From the NCBI GenBank assembly GCA_963721435.1, contig CAVRJC010000003.1, positions 8,183 through 72,182 of the forward strand: a DNA stretch of 64,000 nucleotides. The letters run 5' to 3'. The notes under the pieces were generated by a model that made no database searches, was not told the DNA's origin, and was given only the letters and a program-made list of their open reading frames with translations. Of the stretch, positions 54,510 through 64,000 are shown in pieces. The DNA comes from an uncultured Actinomycetes bacterium. Its GTDB lineage: Bacteria; Actinomycetota; Acidimicrobiia; IMCC26256; DASPTH01. Position numbers and translations under genes: made by a program. Each line of letters opens with the position of its first letter. Positions within the stretch are counted from its first letter, which is position 1.

Positions 54510-55411
54510 GTGCGCACGTTCCCGGGCCGTGGCCTGCGCTGCCGTACGCGGCATGGAAGGACACGCTGGCGACGCTGCACATGGAGATGCAGATCCTCGG
54601 CAAGGTGCGGGTCGCGCTGTCGGAGCCCGAGCTCGAGTTCGCGCATGTCGCGCTGTACGTCACCGCGCGCGGCATCTCCACCGGCCCGGTGCCGTCGCCC
54701 CGCGGGATCTTCGAAGTCGAAGCCGACTTCTTCGACCACCGCGTGTACATCCGCACATCGTGGGGCGAGGTGCACAGCGTGGCGTTGGCCGCGCGTCCGA
54801 TCGCCGCGTTCTGGGCCGACTTCACCGCCGCGCTCTCGGCCGCCGGCGTCGACGTCGAGCTGCCGACCATGCCGCAGGAAGTACCCGACCCCATCCCGTT
54901 CCCGGACGACACCGTGCACACCGAGTACGACCCCGGCCACGCGCGCCGGTTCTGGGAGATCCTCACGCTGGTGCAGCCGGTGTGCGCCGAGTACCGCGCC
55001 GCGTATCACGGGCGGACCACGCCGGTGCACTTCTTCTGGGGCAGCATGGACCTCACGGTCACGCGGTTCTCCGGGCGACCGTGTGATCCGCCGGAGCACG
55101 CCGGTTTCCTCGATCGCGGCACGTACGACGCCGAGCAGATCAGCATCGGGTGGTGGCCCGGCAGCGAGAACTTCCCGGAGCCGGCGTTCTACGCGTACTC
55201 GTACCCGAAGGGCGAGGGGATCGAAGAAGCAGGGCTCGAGCCTCCCACCGCGTTCTGGAGCGACGCACTGGGCGAGCACCTGCTGCGCTACGACGACGTC
55301 CGCACCGCCGCCGATCCGGGCGTTCCCGTCCGCGCGTTCTTCGACAGCTTCTTCACCGCGGCGTCGATGCGGTGCGCGTGGGACCCGTCGCTCAGCTCGC
55401 GCGCCTCGTAG
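54506..55411 (+). CDS. DUF5996 family protein
   Basis: WKDTLATLH..QILGK, VHFFWGSMDL, FSGR, GWWPG, FYAYSYP. Confidence 0.8.
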   Translation: MSAHVPGPWPALPYAAWKDTLATLHMEMQILGKVRVALSEPELEFAHVALYVTARGISTGPVPSPRGIFEVEADFFDHRVYIRTSWGEVHSVALAARPIAAFWADFTAALSAAGVDVELPTMPQEVPDPIPFPDDTVHTEYDPGHARRFWEILTLVQPVCAEYRAAYHGRTTPVHFFWGSMDLTVTRFSGRPCDPPEHAGFLDRGTYDAEQISIGWWPGSENFPEPAFYAYSYPKGEGIEEAGLEPPTAFWSDALGEHLLRYDDVRTAADPGVPVRAFFDSFFTAASMRCAWDPSLSSRAS

Positions 55412-55477
55412 CCGCAAACCTCTGCCTGCACGATCACCAAGGTCAGGCCCTGCGTGGCGGTCATCGCGGGCACGAGC

Positions 55478-56341
55478 TCATGATTCGACGGTGACGAAGT
55501 CGATCAGCTGCTCGACCGCGTGCACGAGTGGTTGCTCGAGGTCCTTCCAGCTCGACACCGACGCGAGGATGCGCCTCCAGAACGCGCGCGGGTCGTCGAC
55601 ACCCAGTGCCGCGCACACGCCGGTCTTCCAATCGGTGCCCATCGGGATCTCGGGCCAGCCGGTGATGCCGACGGCGGCGGGGCGCACTGCCTGCCACACG
55701 TCGACGTACGGCGTGCCGGTGATCAACACGTGCGGCCCGGCGACTTCGCGCGCGAGTCTCGCCTCCTTGCTGCCGCTGACGAGGTGGTCGAGCAGCACAC
55801 CGACCCGGCGTTGCGGGCCGGGGCGGAGCTGCGCGAGCACCGCGGCGAGGTGATCGGCGCCGTCGAGCCGTTCCACGACGACGCCTTCGATGCGGAGGTC
55901 GTCACCCCAGACCCGCTCCACGAGCTCGGCGTCGTGCACGCCCTCGACGAGGATGCGGGCGGCGCGGGCGACCCGTGCCTGGGCCCCCACGACCGCGCGG
56001 CTGCCCGACGCGGTGCGCGCCGTCGCGGAGACGCGGGCGCGCGCGAGATGCGCGGGTGGCGCGGCTCCCTCGGGTGTGGCGGGCGCGACGAGCCGCACCG
56101 CGGCGCCGTCGACCGCGAAACCGCCGGGCTGGTTCGCGAATCGCCGCTCCAACCCGGTCTGCCCGCGCAGTACGACCTGATCGCCGTCGAGCGCGACGAG
56201 CGCGCCCGCGAACCCGGATGCGCGATGCAGCACCCGGAGCCCTGGTGTCGCCTCGACCGGAGGGAACGACGCGGCCAGCCGCTCCTGCGCTTCGAGCGGG
56301 CCGGCGAGGATGCCGTTGCGGGGTGGGGGAGCGGAGGGCAT
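55478..56341 (-). CDS. DUF3097 family protein
   Basis: RTASGS, VEGVHDAELVERVWGDDLRIEG, LLDHLVSGSKE, PYVDVWQAV. Confidence 0.85.
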   Translation of the reverse strand: MPSAPPPRNGILAGPLEAQERLAASFPPVEATPGLRVLHRASGFAGALVALDGDQVVLRGQTGLERRFANQPGGFAVDGAAVRLVAPATPEGAAPPAHLARARVSATARTASGSRAVVGAQARVARAARILVEGVHDAELVERVWGDDLRIEGVVVERLDGADHLAAVLAQLRPGPQRRVGVLLDHLVSGSKEARLAREVAGPHVLITGTPYVDVWQAVRPAAVGITGWPEIPMGTDWKTGVCAALGVDDPRAFWRRILASVSSWKDLEQPLVHAVEQLIDFVTVES

Positions 56342-56399
56342 GGCGCTCGACGGTACGCGGCCGTGGGCGGTGGCGGCGTCATGGTTACTGTGTGCGCCG

Positions 56400-56939
56400 A
56401 TGACCCCCCGGATCAGACCACTCGCCGCCGACGAGCACGACGAGACGACCGCACGCCTCGTCGACGGACTTCCCGGCGCGCACCTGAACATCGTGGCGAC
56501 GATGCTCCGACACCCCGATCTGTTCGGTCCGTTCGCGTCGTTCGCGGGCACGCTCACGCTGTCGGGACGGCTCGACACGCGCGCGAGAGAGCTGCTCACG
56601 CTCCGCACCGCGGTGCACTGCGGGTCCGACTACGAGTGGGGGCAGCACACCGCATCGGCACGCGCCGCGAACATCCTCGACGACGCCGACATCGCGCGTG
56701 TGCTCGAAGGCCCGCTTGCAGACGGATGGTCGCCGCGCGACATCGTGCTGCTCGACGCGGCCGACGAGCTGCACGCGCACAACTGCATCAGCGACGGGAC
56801 CTGGGCCGCGCTCGGCGAACACTTCGACGTGCCGCAGCTCATCGAGATCCCGATGCTCGTCGGGCTGTACCACATGGTCGCGTTCTTCGGCAGCTCGCTC
56901 GGCGTCGAGCAGGAGCCCGGCGAGGCCGTGCTGCCGTGA
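56400..56939 (+). CDS. Carboxymuconolactone decarboxylase family protein
   Basis: RELLTLR, SDYEWGQH, DELH, GLYHMV. Confidence 0.8.
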   Translation: MTPRIRPLAADEHDETTARLVDGLPGAHLNIVATMLRHPDLFGPFASFAGTLTLSGRLDTRARELLTLRTAVHCGSDYEWGQHTASARAANILDDADIARVLEGPLADGWSPRDIVLLDAADELHAHNCISDGTWAALGEHFDVPQLIEIPMLVGLYHMVAFFGSSLGVEQEPGEAVLP

Positions 56940-58105
56940 CCACGAGCAGCCTGCGCGACGCGTGCGCGATCGTCGGCGTCGCCAACACCGCCTACACGCG
57001 CGGCACCGACCAGTCCACGCTGCAGCTGCACCTCGAAGCGTCGCTCGGCGCGCTGGCCGACGCCGGCGTCGAGCCCGGCGAAGTCGACGCGGTGATGCCG
57101 CACGACCTCGGCGACCGCTGCGCCGAGGAGTTCATGGTGAACCTCGGCCTCTCCGACCTCACCTTCTCGTCGACCATGCACACCGGTGGCGCGAGCTTCG
57201 GCTCCGCGGTGCAGAGCGCGTGCCTCGCGGTCGCCGCCGGGATCGCCAACGTCGTGCTCATCCCCTTCGGGCGCCGCGGGTTCTCCGAGCAGCGCGTGTC
57301 GACCAGCACCGCGAAGATGATGCCCGCGCTCTACAGCATCGAAGAGTTCGAGAAGCCGTACGGCAGCCTCGTGGGCGTGCAGTGGTTCGCGCAGGCCGCG
57401 CAGCGCCACATGTTCGAGTACGGCACGACGAGCGAGCAGTTCGGTCACGTCGCCGTCGCGTGCCGCAAGCACGCGAACCTCAACCCGCAGGCCGTCATGT
57501 ACTCGCGTCCGATGACGCTCGAGGATCACCAGGCGTCGAAGATGATCTCGTCGCCGTTGCGGATGTTCGACTGCTCGCTCGAGTCCGACGGCGCGGGTGC
57601 GGTCGTGATCACGAGCGCGGCGCGTGCACGCGACTGCGCGAAGCCGCCGGTGCTCATCTCGGGTCTCGGTGAGGGCCACGGGAACCCGCCGACGTCGATC
57701 ACCCAGAAGCGCGACATGACATTCATCGAAGGGCTGCATTCGGCGGGGCAACGCGCGTACGCGATGGCCGGCATCACGCCGGACGACATCGACTGCGCGC
57801 AGCTCTACGACGGCTTCACGTGGTTCGTGCTGGGCGCGCTCGAAGCGCTCGGGTTCTGCGGGAAGGGGGAAAGCGGTCCGTTCGTCGAGGACGGCCGTAT
57901 CGAGCTCGGCGGCGACCTCCCGGTCAACACCCACGGCGGCCTCCTGTCGGAGGGGCACGTCTCGGGCATCAACCATGCCATCGAAGCGGTGCGGCAGCTG
58001 CGCCGGGAAGTCGAGCCGGAACGTCAGGTCGAGCACTGCGAGACGGTGCTCGTGAGCAACGAGGGCGACATGCACGAAGGCTCCGTCCTCATCCTGCACC
58101 GATGA
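56936..58105 (+). CDS. Thiolase-like (SCP-x/Ltp2-type) protein
   Basis: QLYDGFT, NTHGGLLSEG, AVRQLR; no N-terminal catalytic Cys (GGASFG). Confidence 0.85.
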   Translation: MTTSSLRDACAIVGVANTAYTRGTDQSTLQLHLEASLGALADAGVEPGEVDAVMPHDLGDRCAEEFMVNLGLSDLTFSSTMHTGGASFGSAVQSACLAVAAGIANVVLIPFGRRGFSEQRVSTSTAKMMPALYSIEEFEKPYGSLVGVQWFAQAAQRHMFEYGTTSEQFGHVAVACRKHANLNPQAVMYSRPMTLEDHQASKMISSPLRMFDCSLESDGAGAVVITSAARARDCAKPPVLISGLGEGHGNPPTSITQKRDMTFIEGLHSAGQRAYAMAGITPDDIDCAQLYDGFTWFVLGALEALGFCGKGESGPFVEDGRIELGGDLPVNTHGGLLSEGHVSGINHAIEAVRQLRREVEPERQVEHCETVLVSNEGDMHEGSVLILHR

Positions 58106-58479
58106 ACGAGCTCACCGCCGGCTTCTGGGACGCGGCGAGCCGTCACGAGCTCGTGGTGCAACGCTGCGACGCGTGCGGTCTGTGGCGGCACTACCCGCAG
58201 TATCTCTGCCCGGAGTGTCGCAGCGACGCCTGGTCGTGGGCACCGATCGAGGGGCGCGGTGTCGTGTACTCGTTCACGGTGACGCACCGCGCGTTCGGCG
58301 CGGCCTGGGCCGACCGCGTGCCGTACACGGTCGCGACCATCGAGCTCGACAACGGCATCCGCATGGTGAGTGACCTCCCTGCCGACGACACCGACGAGGT
58401 CGCGATCGGCGCGCGGGTCGAGGTGTGGTTCGACGACGCGGGCGAAGTCACGCTCCCACGGTTCCGCCTCGTGCGGTAG
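58102..58479 (+). CDS. DUF35 Zn-ribbon/OB-fold protein
   Basis: FWDA, CDAC, CPEC, IGARVEV.F. Confidence 0.9.
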   Translation: MNELTAGFWDAASRHELVVQRCDACGLWRHYPQYLCPECRSDAWSWAPIEGRGVVYSFTVTHRAFGAAWADRVPYTVATIELDNGIRMVSDLPADDTDEVAIGARVEVWFDDAGEVTLPRFRLVR

Positions 58480-58488
58480 ATCTCGATC

Positions 58489-59061
58489 TCAGCCGGAGGA
58501 CGGGGGCTCCCACGGCTGGAGCCACGGGGTCGACGGCCAGCCCTCGGCGGCGGCCATGATCGGGAACGCGGTCGCGCCGTCGATCGATTCGCGCACGATG
58601 TCGGCGTGGCCGGCATGCCGTGCGGTCTCGGCGATGAGGTGCAGCACGACCCACCGCACCGACCACGCGTCGACGTCGGCGGGGAACCACGGCACTCCCT
58701 GCGGCACCGGCACCGGGTGGTCGAGGCTCAGTCCCCGCACGACCTCCTCGGTCTCGCGTGCGACCGCGTCGTAGCGCTCGAGCGCGCTCGCGACCGTCTC
58801 GTCGGGGAGCAGGCGGAAGTTGTTCTCGTAGTCCTCCTGCGACATACGGTCTTCCTCGAGCACCATGCCGGTCCAATTGCGCTCGACGCTCGCAACGTGC
58901 TTGATCAGCCCGCCGACGCTGAGCGGGCTCACCGACGGCGTGGCGCGCGCCTGCTCGTCGGTCAGCCCGTACGCGGTGAGGCGCATCACGTAGCGCTGCT
59001 GCGCGAGCGCGGCGAGGAGCTGCTCGCGCTCGTCGGGGATCGGGGGAGCCATTCCCGGCAT
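58489..59061 (-). CDS. DinB/DUF664 family protein
   Basis: LIKHVASVE, LHLIAETARHAGHADI.RE. Confidence 0.85.
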   Translation of the reverse strand: MPGMAPPIPDEREQLLAALAQQRYVMRLTAYGLTDEQARATPSVSPLSVGGLIKHVASVERNWTGMVLEEDRMSQEDYENNFRLLPDETVASALERYDAVARETEEVVRGLSLDHPVPVPQGVPWFPADVDAWSVRWVVLHLIAETARHAGHADIVRESIDGATAFPIMAAAEGWPSTPWLQPWEPPSSG

Positions 59062-59076
59062 CGGCGAAACTCCGGT

Positions 59077-59535
59077 CTACGTGTCGCGGTGCGCGCCGAC
59101 GATGAACGCGGCGCACAGCGAGAGCTCGGTGCCGTGGTTGAGCCATCGGTGACGGGTGCCGTTCTGCACCAGGACGTCGCCCGGCCCGAGTTTGATCTCG
59201 GCGCCTTCGTCGAGCCCCATCCAGATCTCGCCCTGGATGACCAGGATCGCGTCGACGGTGTCGGAGGTGTGGTAGCCGTCGTCCTCGAGCGCCTCGCTCC
59301 ACTTGCCCTCGGCCGCTCCCGACGGCGGCACCGTGAACAGGATCACGCGTGATCCGCCCGGCGACGGGTTCCATTCCTCCATGTCACCGGGGACCTCGAG
59401 CACCGGTACGTGCGGCGGCGACGCGGCCGACCAGATCATGGCGATGGGCGCCGCGGCGTCGAGCGTGATCTGCTCGTCGCTCAGCACGATCCCCCTGCCG
59501 TCGGCGTCGTCCCCGGTGACGATCCGGCGCGCCAT
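59077..59535 (-). CDS. Cupin domain protein
   Basis: RRIVTG, HTSDTVD, GDVLVQNGTRHRW. Confidence 0.8.
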   Translation of the reverse strand: MARRIVTGDDADGRGIVLSDEQITLDAAAPIAMIWSAASPPHVPVLEVPGDMEEWNPSPGGSRVILFTVPPSGAAEGKWSEALEDDGYHTSDTVDAILVIQGEIWMGLDEGAEIKLGPGDVLVQNGTRHRWLNHGTELSLCAAFIVGAHRDT

Positions 59536-61209
59536 CACCGCGCCTGCCGGGGCGAGCATCGTGCCGGGCAGGCCGTCGATCGTGTCCCGCACATCGGTGC
59601 CGTCGACACGGATCGGTGTGCCGTTCACCATGACGTGCCGGAGGCCGCGCGGCGCGTCGGCGGTGAGGCGGTCGGTGCCCGCGGGGAAGTCGGTGACGCG
59701 CCGCAACGGCCCCGGATCGACGTCGTCGAGGTCGAAGACCACGACGTCCGCCGGACAGCCCACCTCGATGGTGCCGCGGTCGCCGAGGCCGAGGAAGTCG
59801 GCGAGCTCGCCCGTGACCTTGCGCACGCCCTGCTCGACCGGCATGAGCTCACGGTCGCGCACCCAGTTGGCGAGGAAGTCGAGCGGCAGTGACGCGTCGC
59901 ACATCTGTGAGTTGTGCGCGCCCGCATCGGACAGTCCGAGCACGCAGCCGTCGGTGCGCAGGATCCGTTCGAGCAGCGGGAGGTCGTCGTTGGCGAAGAT
60001 CACCCGGAACCGCGTGTCGAGGTTGTCGGCGAGCGCGATGTCGAGCGCGACCGCGGTCGGGTCCTCGCCGCGCTCACGCGCGATCTGCTCGACCGACTTC
60101 CCGATGAGCTCGGGCTGGTTGGGCGTCTCCTCGACGCTGAACTTGTCCCAGTTGGGATCGACCCACTGCTTGCTGCCGAGGTCACGTACGGCGCGGGCGC
60201 GCCACTCCGGGTCGCGGTAGCGCTCGGCGCGCTCCGACACCTCGAGGGTCGAGAGCTCACCGAACGCGGGCACCGGGTAGAACGGCATCGGCTGCGCGAG
60301 CGACACCTGGAAGCTGATGGGCCGCGGCGTGACCTGCGGGTAGACGCGGGCACCGGCGCGGAACGCGGCTTCGTGGATCTCGAGCTGCTCCTCGGGCCAC
60401 GGCTGGCGCGGGCTGCCGTCCGGGTACGTGATGATCTGGCACCACGTGATCGGCGCGCCCAGCGTCGGCTGCAGCCGGTAGATCCACGTGCAGTCCTCGT
60501 CGACGATCGCCGAGCACACGCCGCCCGCGCCGGCGGCGGCGCGCATCAACGCCTCGGTCTCCTCCTGCGAGGCCGTCACCGATGGCACCGGCCGTCCACC
60601 GTCGGCGGTGTGGAAGTGCGACCGGTCGGTCGAGAACCCGATCGCGCCCGCGCGGACCGACTCGGCGACGACCGCCTGCATCTGCTCGATCTCGTCGTCG
60701 GTGGCCTCGCGCTCGTAGCCCTCCGGGCCCATCGTCCAGAGCCGCACCGCAGTGTGGCCGACGTACGTGCCGAAGTTGATCCCGACGCCGCGCGCCCCGA
60801 TCCGCTGCCGGTACGACGCGTAGTCCTCCCACGTCCAGTCGACACCGATCGCCAGCGTCTCCGGCGACATGTCCTCGACGAAGTGGAGCGTGCGCATCAT
60901 CGAGTCGCGTGACGCTTCACGGCACGGCGCGAGCGACAGGCCGCAGTGACCGGCGATCACGCTGGTGACCCCCTGCAAGCTCGACGGCGTGAGCCACGGG
61001 TCCCAGAAGATCTGCGCGTCGTAGTGGGTGTGGAGATCGATGAACCCCGGCGTGACCAGTGATCCGTCGGCGTCGAGCACCCGGTCGCCGCTGAGGTTGC
61101 GGCCGAGCTCGGCGACCTTGCCGTCGACTACTCGCACGTCGACGGCCTGCGCCGGCCCGCCGGTGCCGTCGATCACTTGCCCACCCTTGATCACGTACTC
61201 GCCGATCAT
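59535..61209 (-). CDS. N-acyl-D-amino-acid deacylase family amidohydrolase (true stop probably the TGA at 59535-59537)
   Basis: PGFIDLHTHYD, GHCG, SDAGAH. Removing one base from the run at 59549-59552 gives ...ARQAR* with a TGATG overlap. Confidence 0.82.
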
Positions 61210-61257
61210 GCTTCCCCCTGGTCGTGGCTGCGCGGCGGGCGCAGGAGCTCGATCTTG

Positions 61258-62529
61258 TCACACGGGCACCCGGCCGATGCCCGGTGCGTCGCTCGCCTTC
61301 GTCGTCCCGGCCTCGAGGGCGGCGGGAAACTCGACGGTCACGGTCAGGCCACCGTCGGGCAACGCCTCGGCGCGGACCTGCGCGTGGTGCGCGTCGGCGA
61401 CCGCGGCGACGATCGAGAGGCCCAAGCCGAAGCCCGGCGCGCCGCGGGAGCGGGTTTCGTCGGTGCGATGGAAACGGTCGAACAGGGCATCGACGTCGGC
61501 CGGGTCGAGGGGCGCGCCCGAGTTCGCGACGCGGATCGACGCGACCGCGCCGGAGTGGCCGGTCTCGATCGTGATCCACCCACCGTCGACGTTGTGCCGC
61601 GCCGCGTTCTCGACCAGGTTGCCGACGAGGCGGTCGAGGAGCGACCGGTCTCCGATCACGACGGCCGGCTCGAGCGTGACGTCGATGTCGAGTGCCCGCG
61701 CGCGGGCGTCGAGCTCGAGGCGCGCGGCCGCGGCACGGGCGAGCGCGGCGAGATCGGTCGGTTCGGCGACCAGGCTGGCCGAGTCGCTGCGCGCGAGCAC
61801 GAGCAAGCTGTCGATGAGGAGCTCACTGCGTTGCGTGGCCTCCCGGACCGTCTCTGCCATCGCCCGCAACTCGGCGGGTGTGGCATCGGGGTCGGCGAGC
61901 GTGACGTCGACCTCGGCGCGGATGATCGCCAGCGGCGTCCGCAGCTCGTGCGAGGCGTCGGCGACGAAGCGCCGCTGGCCGTCGAAGGCCGACTCGAGCC
62001 GGGACAGCATCGCGTCGAAGGTGTCGGCGAGCTCCTTGAGCTCGTCGTCGGGGCCGTCGAGCGCGATCCGCTCGTGCAGGTTCGACTCCGACAACCGCTT
62101 GGCGGTGGTGGTCATGCGATGCACCGGTCGGAGCACGCGACCGGCGATGAGCCACCCGAGCCCGAGCGACGCGATCGTCATCGCTCCGAGCGCGATGGCC
62201 GACTCCGTGAGGAGGTGCTCCAGGTGCTCGTGGGCGATCTGACTCTGCACGTCGCGGAACACCGAGCGGTCGTCGCTGTCGGCGACCTCGCCCTGTTCGC
62301 TCGTGTGGACCTGGCTCGGGGAGATGCCGAGCTTGTCGGCCACTGCGATCCTGATCTCGTCGGGATTCTGGGTCAGGCTGTGATCGACGAGGAAGTAGTT
62401 CAGCGAGAGCAGCACCGCGCCGGCGACGAAGAAGAGCGCGGTGTACCAGAGGGTGAGCCGCCAGCGGGCGCTGAGGTGCGACCGGCGCACGAGACCGGGG
62501 CTCGCGGATCCGGAGCGGCGCGCGTTCAC
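61258..62529 (-). CDS. Sensor histidine kinase (HAMP-HisKA-HATPase), CutS-like
   Basis: WRLTLWY, DELKELADTFD, ASHELRTPL, NLVENA, GFGLGL. Confidence 0.9.
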   Translation of the reverse strand: MNARRSGSASPGLVRRSHLSARWRLTLWYTALFFVAGAVLLSLNYFLVDHSLTQNPDEIRIAVADKLGISPSQVHTSEQGEVADSDDRSVFRDVQSQIAHEHLEHLLTESAIALGAMTIASLGLGWLIAGRVLRPVHRMTTTAKRLSESNLHERIALDGPDDELKELADTFDAMLSRLESAFDGQRRFVADASHELRTPLAIIRAEVDVTLADPDATPAELRAMAETVREATQRSELLIDSLLVLARSDSASLVAEPTDLAALARAAAARLELDARARALDIDVTLEPAVVIGDRSLLDRLVGNLVENAARHNVDGGWITIETGHSGAVASIRVANSGAPLDPADVDALFDRFHRTDETRSRGAPGFGLGLSIVAAVADAHHAQVRAEALPDGGLTVTVEFPAALEAGTTKASDAPGIGRVPV

Positions 62530-63180
62530 GGGATCTGGTAGCCCGACGCCGGTGACCGTTTCGATCACGGGAGGGTCGCCGAGCTTGCGCCGCAGTGTCA
62601 TCACCGTGACCCGCACGGTGTTGGTGAAGGGGTCGGTGTACTCGTCCCACGCCCGCTCGAGCAGCTCCTCGGCGCTCACGACGTTGCCGTCGGCGGCCAA
62701 CAGCTCTTCGAGCACCGCGAGCTCCTTCGGCGTGAGCTTGATCTCGTCCCCGTCGCGTGTGACCTGTCGACGTCCGAGATCGAGCCGCACGCCGGCGCGC
62801 TCGAGCACGCGGCTCGTCGCGGGCGCGCGGCGTGCCAGCGCGCGGATGCGGGCGACGAGCTCGTCGAACGCGAACGGCTTCCCGAGGTAGTCGTCGGCGC
62901 CCAGCGCGAGGCCGTCGACGAGGTCCTGCGTCGTGCCCGAGGCCGTCAACATGAGGATGCGTGACGGCGTCTCGCGTTCGCGCAGGGTCGCGCACACGAT
63001 GTCGCCGTGCACGATGGGGAGCGCGCGATCGAGCACCACGACGTCGTAGTCGACGAGCGTCACCTTCTCGAGCGCGGTTGCGCCGTCAGCTGCCGTGTCG
63101 ACCGCGATCCCCTCGCGTCGCAACCCGCGTTCGAGCGTGGATGCGAGCTGAGGTTCGTCTTCTACGAGCAGCACACGCAT
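62526..63180 (-). CDS. OmpR-family response regulator, CutR-like (apparent +1 indel at 62542-62544)
   Basis: VEDE, LDR, KPFAF, AWDEYTDPFTNTVRVT; corrected end GVGYQIP*. Confidence 0.9.
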
Positions 63181-63225
63181 GTCCGCACTTCGGTTCGGCG
63201 ACAGACGGACGATACGCCCGCGACC

Positions 63226-63306
63226 GTAAAGCGCCGATAAGGGAGCAGATGCGGCGCGTTCCTGAGAGCCCGCTGAACATCGGGCGATCCTTTACCGCGC
63301 CGTTAT
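63226..63306. promoter_or_regulatory. Two oppositely oriented 11-bp-period direct repeats (candidate OmpR-family sites)
   Basis: (+) GTAAAG 63226-31 / ATAAGG 63237-42; (-) ATAACG 63306-63301 / GTAAAG 63295-63290. Confidence 0.45.
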
Positions 63307-63360
63307 GTCGTCCTCCGTAGCTTCGGTGTTGCTGCCACACCCCGCCCCGAGAGGACCGAC

Positions 63361-63666
63361 GTGGGCCCGTACGAACCCCACCATCGTGACGCCGGGCTGC
63401 GCCGCGTCACGCGCACGACGGCGTGGCTCGCGGCCGGCGCGGTGGCGCTGGTCGGGGGGTTCGCGGCGTACGTCGGCAACGCCTTTCCCGGGACCCGCTC
63501 CACATCACCCGCGTCAGTGGTCACACCGACCCAGCCCACGCAGGCGCCGGTCGCGACGATCCCACCCTCGCCCGGCGCGGTTCCCGTTCCCACCACACCA
63601 CCGGTGACGAGCCCGCCGCGCGTCGTCGTGCCCGTCCAGCCCCACACCCGGTCGAGGGGCTCATGA
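63361..63666 (+). CDS. Small membrane-anchored Pro/Thr-rich protein
   Basis: One transmembrane helix, PT-rich linker, C-terminal HTRSRGS. Confidence 0.6.
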   Translation: MGPYEPHHRDAGLRRVTRTTAWLAAGAVALVGGFAAYVGNAFPGTRSTSPASVVTPTQPTQAPVATIPPSPGAVPVPTTPPVTSPPRVVVPVQPHTRSRGS

Positions 63667-63682
63667 CGCCGGGGCCCTCGTG

Positions 63683-64000
63683 ATGCCCGTGCTCGGCGCG
63701 AGCGCATCGCTCTGGATGTGGTACGTCGCTCGCGCCGCGGGGATCGTGAGCCTGCTCCTCCTCACGGGGAGTGTGCTGCTCGGGATCCTCACCAGCGTGC
63801 GCTGGTTCAGTGACCGCTGGCCGCGGTTCACGACGACGCTCGTGCACCGGAACCTCTCGCTGCTCGCGGTGGTGTTCCTCGCCATTCACGTGGCGACCGT
63901 CGTGATCGACGGGTTCGCGCCGATCCGGTGGCTCGACGCGGTCGTGCCGTTCGCGTCGCCGTATCGCCCGTTCTGGCTCGGTCTCGGGACGGTCGCGTTC
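63683..64000 (+). CDS. Ferric-reductase-like (MsrQ-type) transmembrane protein, 3' part outside the window
   Basis: WYVARAAG, VHRNLS, IHV, PFASPYRPFWLGLG; two His heme ligands visible. Confidence 0.8.
   Translation, partial: MPVLGASASLWMWYVARAAGIVSLLLLTGSVLLGILTSVRWFSDRWPRFTTTLVHRNLSLLAVVFLAIHVATVVIDGFAPIRWLDAVVPFASPYRPFWLGLGTVAF

Noticed and set aside
59077-61209. Novel D-aminoacylase-cupin fusion (710 aa)
   Set aside because: Deleting one base in the 4-base run at 59549-52 yields a stop that overlaps the cupin ATG (TGATG), matching the window's error pattern. Reads are needed to exclude a real fusion.
61258-63180. Hybrid response regulator-kinase fusion (640 aa)
   Set aside because: Removing one base at 62542-44 restores the canonical GVGYQIP* end and a GTGA overlap with the kinase.
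63233-63240. GCCGATAA as a sigma28 -10
   Set aside because: No TAAA-like -35 at the 15-nt spacing; better explained as part of the direct repeat.
63663-63683. Six-codon bridging ORF MTPGPS (ATGA and TGATG overlaps)
   Set aside because: Adding one G to the GGGG run makes it the N-terminus of the ferric-reductase-like gene (MTPGALVMPV...); it cannot be told apart from a sequencing error.

Overview
64 kb of a high-GC actinobacterial chromosome; gene order and protein style suggest an Acidimicrobiia-like lineage (inference). The left half is the conserved core block argS-lysA-hom-thrC-(apgM where thrB normally sits)-rho-rpmE-DUF1385...prfA-prmC...rpiB-glyA-wecA-like-atpZ/I/BEFHAGDC. It has two accessory insertions: a structured leader plus LAXTG-anchored VWA adhesin, DUF1800/DUF1501 and an LLM; and vapBC, DUF983 and a tandem Fe-S PD-(D/E)XK protein. 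The right half is accessory metabolism: a fused 2-oxoacid dehydrogenase E1 divergent from a lipoyl-less, catalytically degenerate E2; two PilZ genes; ETF/ETF-QO; gpmA; an IclR/LLM/amidohydrolase/solute-binding-protein cluster; hydrolases; a thiolase-like/DUF35 pair; and a CutRS-like two-component system facing a ferric-reductase-like operon. About 8-9 single-base indels, mostly in G/C runs, break essential genes or fuse neighbours, so the sequence looks like an imperfectly polished long-read consensus. I recognised no rRNA, tRNA, IS element or CRISPR array. All family assignments come from motif recognition by eye, with no database search.
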